Shown here: positions 1 through 5,071 of the stretch, in pieces
Layout of the letters: each line of letters begins with the position of its first letter
Position numbering within the stretch: the first letter of the stretch is position 1
Source of the DNA: a virus
Lineage: Duplodnaviria > Heunggongvirae > Uroviricota > Caudoviricetes
Virus record (IMG/VR): IMGVR_UViG_2778261182_000002
Coordinates: 1-5,071 of that record
Strand: one strand, 5' to 3'
DNA length: 5,071 nucleotides
Notes under the pieces: generated by a model
Told to the model about the DNA's origin: nothing
The model's input: only the letters and a program-made list of their open reading frames with translations
Database searches by the model: none
Program-made: the position numbers and the translations under genes

Positions 1-1962
1 GGACTGGTTGGGGGGGGGCCGGGGGTTGTCATGCTGGGGGCCGCGGCCTGGTACACAATGTATCAGAATCAGGAGCAGGCCAGAGAATCTGCACGCCAGT
101 ATGCCGCAACAATCGACGAAATTCGCCAGAAAACGTCGGCAATGTCGCTTCCTGAAGCGTCAGATAATGAGGAAAAGACGCGGCAGGCACTGGAGGAACA
201 AAATCGCCTGATTAGCGAACAGGAAGGAAAAATTCGCGGACTGAAAAATCAAATTGCTGATTATCAACGTTGGCTTGATGAAAGTTCGCAGAGTGGTTCG
301 GGTGCTGAAATCATCCTTAAAGGGCTTGCCGAAGCAACAAATCAACTGGCAGTTGAACAGTCCCGTCTCACACAAATGCAGGGCAAAGCGCAATCCATTC
401 AGGATGTGCTTGCCGGGCTGGAAGACCGACGGGTGGCGTTGATCCGTCAACAGGCGGCGGAACAAAACAAAGCGTATCAGTCCCTGTTGATCATGAACGG
501 GCAGCATACCGAGTTTAATCGCCTTCTCGGGCTTGGTAATGAATTACTTCAGCAGCGACAGGGGCTGATGAATGTACCGTTACGGCTACCACAGGCAACC
601 CTGGATGATAAACAGCAGACCGCACTGAATAACAGTAAGCGCGAACTGGCTCTGTCCCGCCTGAAGGGGGAAGCGCGTGAGCGTGCCCGACTGGGCTATG
701 CTGCGGATGATCTCGGCTTTGTGGGAGAGGCGTATCAGACAGCCAGACAGAATTATATCAATAACTCACTGGATGCCTGGCGAAATAACCAGGCAAATAA
801 ACCCAAAGCGCATAAAAAGACCGAAGCGGAAAAAACAGAAGATATTTATAAACGGCTGATTAAACAGCAGAAAGAGCAGATAGCACTGGCAGGGCAGAAT
901 ACTGAACTGGCTAAGATGAAATATCAGGTCAGTCAGGGCGAATTATCAACCCTGTCAGAAGCGCAGAAAAAAACGCTTTTACAGAATGCGGCACTCATCG
1001 ACCAGAAAAAGATTCGTGAGCAGCTTGCCGCGTATGAAAGCAGTCTGGCGGACAGTAATGCCAGTGCCCGGGCATCTGACGACGCGCAGTTACTGGGATA
1101 TGGTGAAGGCTCACGGATGCGTGAACGACTCCAGGAAATGTGGAGTATCCGGCAGGAGTTTGAGCAGAAAAATAACGAGCTGCTGAGACAGTATCAGGCC
1201 GGAGAAATTGAAGAAGCCCTGTGGAAACAGGAGAAAGAACTGAATAAAAAATATCTGGAAGAGCGTCTCAGCGATCAGCAGGATTATTATGCAAAGGCCG
1301 ATGCTTTACGTAATAACTGGAATGCCGGACTCCAGGAGGGACTGACCAACTGGGCAGACAGTGCCACCGATTATGCTTCACAGGCGGCAGATGCTGTCGT
1401 TTCCACGATGGACGGGCTGGTATCAAATATTTCCGATGCACTGGCCGGGAATGTTGTGGACTGGAGGAACTGGGGGAGTTCAGTTCTCCGGGAAGTTTCA
1501 AAAATTCTGATGAATGCAGCCATTGTTAACGGACTGAAATCACTCTCCGGTGCCGGAGGGTGGCTTGGTACGGTCGGCGGATGGATTTCGGGGGCAGTGG
1601 CAAACGCAAAAGGTGGTGTTTACACATCGGCAAATCTGAGTGCTTACAGTAACACTATTGTGGATACACCGACGTATTTTGCTTTTGCGAAAGGTGCCGG
1701 GTTGATGGGCGAGGCCGGGCCTGAAGCAATCATGCCACTGACACGGGCAGCGGACGGCTCTCTTGGGGTCAGGGCCATTGGAAATGTGAATGGTGGCGGT
1801 GGATTTGTTTATTCTCCCGTGTATCACATCAGCATTCAGAATCAAGGGAGCAATGGCGAGATAGATGCGCGCTCAGCCAGGGGACTGGTGGATCTGATCG
1901 ACAGCAGGGTTGTGTCAATTATGCAGTCATCGCGTCGGGATGGAGGATTGTACAGTGCCTGA
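1..1962 (+). CDS. H: Tail tape measure protein (lambda gpH-like), 5'-truncated by the window edge; C-terminal ~654 codons present
   Basis: Frame 1 is open from nt 1 (no stop before the ATG at 31 that the ORF track used) to TGA at 1960-1962. The protein has a long Q/E/K/R-rich predicted coiled-coil, then a Gly-rich hydrophobic segment (GLKSLSGAGGWLGTVGGWISGAVANAKGG) and a C-terminal ...RDGGLYSA. From memory it matches the lambda gpH C-terminal half in blocks (NWNAGL~NWMAGL, WADSATD~WEESATD, DGGLYS~DGGLFS) but is diverged overall. Position immediately upstream of M-L-K-I-J fits. Confidence 0.9.
   Translation, partial: GLVGGGPGVVMLGAAAWYTMYQNQEQARESARQYAATIDEIRQKTSAMSLPEASDNEEKTRQALEEQNRLISEQEGKIRGLKNQIADYQRWLDESSQSGSGAEIILKGLAEATNQLAVEQSRLTQMQGKAQSIQDVLAGLEDRRVALIRQQAAEQNKAYQSLLIMNGQHTEFNRLLGLGNELLQQRQGLMNVPLRLPQATLDDKQQTALNNSKRELALSRLKGEARERARLGYAADDLGFVGEAYQTARQNYINNSLDAWRNNQANKPKAHKKTEAEKTEDIYKRLIKQQKEQIALAGQNTELAKMKYQVSQGELSTLSEAQKKTLLQNAALIDQKKIREQLAAYESSLADSNASARASDDAQLLGYGEGSRMRERLQEMWSIRQEFEQKNNELLRQYQAGEIEEALWKQEKELNKKYLEERLSDQQDYYAKADALRNNWNAGLQEGLTNWADSATDYASQAADAVVSTMDGLVSNISDALAGNVVDWRNWGSSVLREVSKILMNAAIVNGLKSLSGAGGWLGTVGGWISGAVANAKGGVYTSANLSAYSNTIVDTPTYFAFAKGAGLMGEAGPEAIMPLTRAADGSLGVRAIGNVNGGGGFVYSPVYHISIQNQGSNGEIDARSARGLVDLIDSRVVSIMQSSRRDGGLYSA
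10..25 (+). repeat. Homopolymeric G tract (G9 at 10-18, then CC, then G5 at 21-25) inside the H coding sequence
   Basis: Read directly: ggttGGGGGGGGGccGGGGGttg. It encodes G-G-G-P-G within a hydrophobic, Gly-rich stretch of the tape measure protein. Confidence 0.9.
1942..1946 (+). promoter_or_regulatory. Shine-Dalgarno (GGAGG) for M, 8-nt spacer to GTG 1955
   Basis: GGAGG read directly at 1942-1946, inside the 3' end of H; spacing is appropriate for the GTG at 1955. Confidence 0.5.
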
Positions 1963-2296
1963 GCCTGAAGTTTTTAACTGGATCCCCCGTGAGGGGATGG
2001 AGACGACACGAAAGCCATCAGTTATTACGGTAAAGTTTGGTGACGGATATGAACAGCGACGGGCTGGTGGTCTGAATGCGGATCTGAAAACGTTTAAACC
2101 GGTATTTCGTGTCACAGATGAATATTCCCGTGCCGCGCTGGACAGTTTTTTATCCCGTCATGCCGGGATTCGTGCTTTTTTGTGGCGTCCGCCAAAACAC
2201 AACAGGACTGTCCGGGTTGTCTGCAGGGAGTGGAGCATTTCGGATAATGCCATGTATACCGATTTTAACTGTACCTTTGAAGAGGTCACTCACTGA
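1955..2296 (+). CDS. M: Minor tail protein M (lambda gpM-like), ~113 aa
   Basis: Frame 2 ORF ending TGA 2294-2296. The product (VPEPEVFNWIPREGMETTRKPSVITVKFGDGYEQRRAGGLNADLKTF...FLWRPP...) aligns with lambda gpM as I recall it (FRWKVKPGMD...VRFGDGYSQRAPAGLNANLKTY...FLWTPP), conserved but diverged. Start chosen as GTG 1955 because of the GGAGG 8 nt upstream and the N-terminal length matching gpM (109 aa). ATG 1940 and ATG 1997 are alternatives, so the start is uncertain; the end is firm. Confidence 0.8.
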   Translation: MPEPEVFNWIPREGMETTRKPSVITVKFGDGYEQRRAGGLNADLKTFKPVFRVTDEYSRAALDSFLSRHAGIRAFLWRPPKHNRTVRVVCREWSISDNAMYTDFNCTFEEVTH

Positions 2297-2994
2297 TGCA
2301 GGATATACAGCAGGAAACACTCAATGAGTGCACTAAAACGGAGCAATCCGCGCTGGTCGTGCTCTGGGAAATTGATCTGACAGAGGTCGGCGGAGATCGT
2401 TATTTCTTCTGTAATGAGCAGAACGAAAAAGGTGAACCAGTCACCTGGCAGGGGCGGCAGTATCAGGCCTATCCCATTCAGGGAAGCGGATTTGAGATGA
2501 ACGGCAAAGGAGCCAGTGCAAGGCCAACGCTGAAAGTCTCTAATCTGTACGGCATGGTCACCGGGATGGCGGAAGATCTGCAGAGTCTGGTCGGCGGAAC
2601 GGTGGTCCGGCGTAAGGTTTACGCCCGTTTTCTGGATGCGGTGAACTTCGTCAACGGAAACAGTGACGCCGATCCGGAGCAGGAGGTGATCAGCCGCTGG
2701 CGCATCGAACAGTGCAGCGAACTGAGCGCGGTCAGTGCCTCTTTTGTGCTGTCCACACCGACGGAAACGGATGGCGCTGTTTTTCCGGGGCGCATCATGC
2801 TGGCCAACACCTGCACCTGGATCTACCGCGGCGATGAGTGCGGTTATGATGGCCCGGCTGTCGCGGATGAATATGACCAGCCAACGTCCGATATCACGAA
2901 GGATAAGTGCAGCAAATGCCTGAGTGGTTGCAAGTTCCGCAATAACGTCGGCAATTTTGGCGGCTACCTTTCCATTAACAAACTTTCGCAGTAA
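2296..2994 (+). CDS. L: Tail tip protein L (lambda gpL-like), 232 aa, C-terminal Cys cluster (Fe-S binding family)
   Basis: ATG 2296-2298 overlaps the M stop (TGATG), stop TAA 2992-2994. AGAGG sits at 2281-2285. Length 232 aa equals lambda gpL and the sequence (MQDIQQETLNECTKTEQSALVVLWEIDLTEVGGDRYFFCNEQNEKGEPVTWQGRQYQ...) matches lambda gpL closely from memory. Five Cys lie in the C-terminal 45 residues. Confidence 0.93.
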   Translation: MQDIQQETLNECTKTEQSALVVLWEIDLTEVGGDRYFFCNEQNEKGEPVTWQGRQYQAYPIQGSGFEMNGKGASARPTLKVSNLYGMVTGMAEDLQSLVGGTVVRRKVYARFLDAVNFVNGNSDADPEQEVISRWRIEQCSELSAVSASFVLSTPTETDGAVFPGRIMLANTCTWIYRGDECGYDGPAVADEYDQPTSDITKDKCSKCLSGCKFRNNVGNFGGYLSINKLSQ

Positions 2995-2998
2995 CCCC

Positions 2999-3742
2999 AT
3001 GACAGAGACAGAATCAGCGATTCTGGCGCACGCCCGGCGATGTGCGTCAGCGGAGTCGTGCGGCTTCGTGGTGAGAATGCCGGAGGGAGAAAGATATTTT
3101 CCCTGCGTGAATATCTCCGGTGAGCCGGAGGCGTATTTCCGGATGTCGCCGGAGGACTGGCTGCGGGCAGAAATGCAGGGTGAGATTGTGGCGCTGGTCC
3201 ACAGTCATCCCGGTGGTCTGCCCTGGCTGAGTGAGGCTGACCGGCGGCTGCAGGTGCAGAGTGATTTGCCGTGGTGGCTGGTCTGCCGCGGGGAGATTCA
3301 TAAGTTCCGCTGTGTGCCGCATCTCACCGGGCGGCGCTTTGAGCACGGGGTGACGGACTGTTACACGCTGTTCCGGGATGCATACCATCTGGCGGGAATT
3401 GAGATGCCGGATTTTCATCGCGGAGATGACTGGTGGCGTAACGGCCAGAATCTCTATCTTGACAATATGGAGGCGACTGGTTTTTACCGTGTCGCACTGA
3501 CAGAGGCGCAGCCGGGCGATGTGCTGCTGTGCTGTTTTGGTTCATCGGTGCCGAATCATGCCGCCATTTACTGTGGTGATGGCGAGCTGCTGCACCATAT
3601 TCCTGAACAACTGAGCAAACGAGAGAGGTATACCGACAAATGGCAGCGACGCACACACTCCCTCTGGCGTCACCGGGCATGGCGCGCATCTGCCTTTACG
3701 GGGATTTGCAACGATTTGGCCGCCGCATCGACCTTCGTGTGA
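2999..3742 (+). CDS. K: Tail tip assembly protein K (lambda gpK-like): N-terminal JAMM/MPN (JAB) metalloprotease-like domain + C-terminal NlpC/P60-like Cys/His domain, 247 aa as called
   Basis: ATG 2999 lies 4 nt after the L stop; stop TGA 3740-3742. A JAMM-type motif H-S-H-P-x7-S-x2-D is encoded at 3200-3241, with candidate upstream Glu (E19/E29/E31). The NlpC/P60-like part has Cys121 (TDCYTLF, nt 3359-3361) and downstream His (NHAAIY, LLHH). An internal in-frame ATG at 3143 would give 199 aa but would cut off the N-terminal part of the JAB domain, so 2999 is preferred. Confidence 0.88.
   Translation: MTETESAILAHARRCASAESCGFVVRMPEGERYFPCVNISGEPEAYFRMSPEDWLRAEMQGEIVALVHSHPGGLPWLSEADRRLQVQSDLPWWLVCRGEIHKFRCVPHLTGRRFEHGVTDCYTLFRDAYHLAGIEMPDFHRGDDWWRNGQNLYLDNMEATGFYRVALTEAQPGDVLLCCFGSSVPNHAAIYCGDGELLHHIPEQLSKRERYTDKWQRRTHSLWRHRAWRASAFTGICNDLAAASTFV
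3624..3628 (+). promoter_or_regulatory. Shine-Dalgarno (AGAGG) for I, embedded in K coding sequence, 11-nt spacer to ATG 3640
   Basis: GAGAGAGG read at 3621-3628, upstream of the first ATG of the I frame. Confidence 0.45.
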
Positions 3743-4287
3743 AAACGGGGGCCGAAGCCATCCGGGCGCTGGCCACACAGCTCCCGGCGTTTCGCCAGAA
3801 ACTGAATGACGGCTGGTATCAGGTGCGCATTGCCGGGCGTGATGCAGGTGAAACCGAATTATCTGCCCGTCTTAATGAGCCGCTGGCAAATGGTGCCGTG
3901 ATCCACATAGTTCCGCGTCTGGCGGGTGCCAAAAGTGGCGGTGTGTTTCAGGCGGTGCTGGGTGCGGCGCTGATTGCGGTGGCATGGTGGAACCCTGTGG
4001 GCTGGCTGGGGGCCGCGGCTGTATCGGGTATGTATGCGGCAGGGGCCAGTATGATCCTGGGCGGTGTGGCGCAGATGCTGGCACCGAAAGCCAGGACGCC
4101 CACGGCAGCCAGTACAGATAACGGCAAACAGAACACCTATTTCTCCTCACTGGATAACATGGTTGCCCAGGGCAATGTTCTGCCTGTTCTGTACGGTGAA
4201 ATGCGCGTGGGGTCGCGGGTGGTATCTCAGGAGATCAGCACGGCAGATGAAGGTGATGGTGGTCAGGTTGTGGTGATTGGTCGCTGA
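3640..4287 (+). CDS. I: Tail tip assembly protein I (lambda gpI-like): N-terminal ubiquitin-like (beta-grasp) domain ending in Gly-Gly, then a Gly/Ala-rich hydrophobic segment and a C-terminal domain; 215 aa
   Basis: Frame 1 opens after TGA 3604-3606; the first ATG is 3640 and no alternative start codon lies upstream in frame. Stop TGA 4285-4287. The product (MAATHTLPLASPGMARICLYGDLQRFGRRIDLRV...IHIVPRLAGAKSGG / VFQAVLGAALIAVAWW... / ...NTYFSSLDNMVAQGNVLPVLYGEMRVGSRVVSQEISTADEGDGGQVVVIGR) matches lambda gpI from memory. The Gly-Gly is encoded at 3937-3942. Confidence 0.88.
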   Translation: MAATHTLPLASPGMARICLYGDLQRFGRRIDLRVKTGAEAIRALATQLPAFRQKLNDGWYQVRIAGRDAGETELSARLNEPLANGAVIHIVPRLAGAKSGGVFQAVLGAALIAVAWWNPVGWLGAAAVSGMYAAGASMILGGVAQMLAPKARTPTAASTDNGKQNTYFSSLDNMVAQGNVLPVLYGEMRVGSRVVSQEISTADEGDGGQVVVIGR

Positions 4288-4305
4288 TGAAAAATGTTTT
4301 ATGTG

Positions 4306-4333
4306 AAACCGCCTCCGGGCGGTTTTGTCGTTT
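4306..4333 (+). terminator. Candidate intrinsic-terminator-like hairpin in the I-J intergenic gap: stem AAACCGCC / GGCGGTTT, loop TCCG, followed by a T-rich run (TTTTGTCGTTT)
   Basis: Read directly: 4306-4313 AAACCGCC, 4314-4317 TCCG, 4318-4325 GGCGGTTT, then TGTCGTTT. The GC core is only 5 bp, so any terminator would be weak; it may instead be a stabilising or processing structure within the late transcript. Confidence 0.35.
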
Positions 4334-4335
4334 AT

Positions 4336-4339
4336 GGAG
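4336..4339 (+). promoter_or_regulatory. Shine-Dalgarno (GGAG) for J, 8-nt spacer to ATG 4348
   Basis: tttatGGAGcgtgaggaATG read directly. Confidence 0.55.
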
Positions 4340-4347
4340 CGTGAGGA

Positions 4348-5071
4348 ATGGGTAAAGGCAGCAGTAAGGGGCATACCCCGCGCGAAGCGAAGGACAACCT
4401 GAAGTCCACGCAGTTGCTGAGTGTGATTGATGCCATCAGCGAAGGGCCGGTTGAAGGTCCGGTGGATGGATTAAAAAGCGTGCTGCTGAACAGTACGCCG
4501 GTGCTGGACAGTGAGGGGAATACCAATATCTCCGGCGTCACGGTGGTGTTCCGGGCAGGCGAGCAGGAGCAGACACCGCCGGAGGGATTTGAATCATCAG
4601 GTTCCGAGACGGTGCTGGGTACGGAAGTGAAATATGACACGCCGATCACCCGGACCATCACGTCTGCAAACATCGACCGTCTGCGCTTTACCTTCGGTGT
4701 GCAGGCACTGGTGGAAACCACCTCAAAGGGGGACAGGAATCCATCGGAAGTCCGCCTGCTGGTTCAGATCCAGCGTAACGGTGGCTGGGTGACGGAAAAA
4801 GACATCACCATTAAAGGCAAAACCACCTCACAGTATCTGGCCTCGGTGGTGGTGGGTAACCTGCCGCCGCGCCCGTTCAATATCCGGATGCGCAGGATGA
4901 CGCCGGACAGCACCACAGACCAGCTGCAGAACAAAACGCTCTGGTCGTCATACACCGAAATTATCGATGTGAAACAGTGCTACCCGAACACGGCACTGGT
5001 CGGCGTGCAGGTGGACTCGGAGCAGTTCGGCAGCCAGCAGGTGAGCCGTAATTATCATCTGCGCGGGCGTA
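4348..5071 (+). CDS. J: Tail tip / host specificity protein J (lambda gpJ-like central tail fiber), 3'-truncated by the window edge; N-terminal 241 codons present
   Basis: ATG 4348 with a GGAG 8 nt upstream. Frame 1 is open to the end of the window; it is absent from the ORF track only because no stop lies in the window. My translation (MGKGSSKGHTPREAKDNLKSTQLLSVIDAISEGPVEGPVDGLKSVLLNSTPVLD...NIRMRRMTPDSTTDQLQNKTLWSSYTEIIDVKQCYPNTALVGVQVDSEQFGSQQVSRNYHLRGR) matches the lambda gpJ N-terminus as I recall it. Confidence 0.92.
   Translation, partial: MGKGSSKGHTPREAKDNLKSTQLLSVIDAISEGPVEGPVDGLKSVLLNSTPVLDSEGNTNISGVTVVFRAGEQEQTPPEGFESSGSETVLGTEVKYDTPITRTITSANIDRLRFTFGVQALVETTSKGDRNPSEVRLLVQIQRNGGWVTEKDITIKGKTTSQYLASVVVGNLPPRPFNIRMRRMTPDSTTDQLQNKTLWSSYTEIIDVKQCYPNTALVGVQVDSEQFGSQQVSRNYHLRGR

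Noticed and set aside
8-211. 67-aa plus-strand ORF at the window start, and other short plus-strand ORFs (254-442, 677-859, 986-1186)
   Set aside because: They are out-of-frame ORFs fully inside the H coding sequence, with Arg/Lys-rich translations typical of an alternative frame of a Glu/Gln/Lys-rich gene.
160-1845. Minus-strand ORFs inside H (160-507, 1268-1501, 1540-1845)
   Set aside because: Antisense to the tape measure gene; no support as genes.
1910-2296. ORF-track version of M starting at ATG 1910 (128 aa), and the ORF-track K start at ATG 2924 (272 aa)
   Set aside because: Starting M at 1910 would add 15 residues with no counterpart in gpM and overlap the H 3' end by 53 nt; GTG 1955 has a proper GGAGG upstream and gives the expected length. 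Starting K at 2924 would overlap the last 71 nt of L; ATG 2999, immediately after the L stop, gives the expected MTETESAIL... N-terminus.
2109-2327. 72-aa plus-strand ORF overlapping the M 3' end and the M/L junction, and minus-strand ORF 1927-2115
   Set aside because: Out of frame or antisense relative to M; no independent start signals or motifs.
2290-3000. 236-aa ORF on the minus strand covering almost exactly the L gene
   Set aside because: It is precisely antisense to a well-supported, lambda-like L coding sequence. The product has no recognisable motifs, and long antisense open frames are common opposite GC-rich genes with RNY codon bias. Treated as a shadow ORF.
3047-3778. Minus-strand ORFs 3047-3418, 3324-3689 and 3542-3778 (78-123 aa)
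   Set aside because: All lie antisense to K and I. Their translations are Arg/Pro/His-rich and low in complexity, as expected for a reverse-strand reading of GC-rich coding DNA, and there are no convincing start contexts.
3872-4721. Minus-strand ORFs 3872-4150, 3948-4136, 4147-4374 and 4332-4721, and plus-strand ORF 4064-4276
   Set aside because: They overlap the I and J coding sequences in other frames or on the other strand. Pro/Ser/His-rich composition and lack of homology signals mark them as spurious.
1-5071. Possibility of a hidden defence or anti-defence system, moron or mobile element inserted in the tail module
   Set aside because: Every nucleotide is accounted for by six contiguous, coupled tail genes on one strand, and the single 60-nt intergenic gap is too small for a gene. 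There are no integrase or transposase motifs, no repeat arrays, and no tRNA-like sequence. The stretch is a conventional tail-tip operon; the likely morons of lambdoid phages (e.g. downstream of J) would lie outside this window.

Overview
The whole window is one strand-consistent (+) block of a lambda-like (lambdoid siphophage) tail-tip assembly module, in the canonical lambda order H-M-L-K-I-J. It contains the 3' two-thirds of the tape measure gene H (enters from the left edge), then M, L, K, I, and the 5' 724 nt of the host-specificity gene J (runs off the right edge). Genes are tightly packed and translationally coupled (H/M overlap, M/L TGATG overlap, 4-nt L-K gap, long K/I overlap), leaving a single real intergenic gap (I-J, 60 nt) that holds a hairpin followed by a T-tract. 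From memory, L, K, I and the J N-terminus look nearly identical to phage lambda, whereas H and M are clearly homologous but diverged; this suggests a mosaic junction near the M/L boundary but cannot be verified here. I see no RNA genes, CRISPR arrays, transposases or inserted cargo (moron) genes, and no space for a hidden system between the tail genes. The most mechanistically interesting content is the K-I pair: K carries a JAMM/MPN metalloprotease motif plus an NlpC/P60-type Cys/His domain, and I has a ubiquitin-like N-terminal domain ending in Gly-Gly. This has been predicted computationally in the literature but is, to my knowledge, still weakly characterised experimentally. All minus-strand ORFs in the track look like antisense shadows of the real genes.
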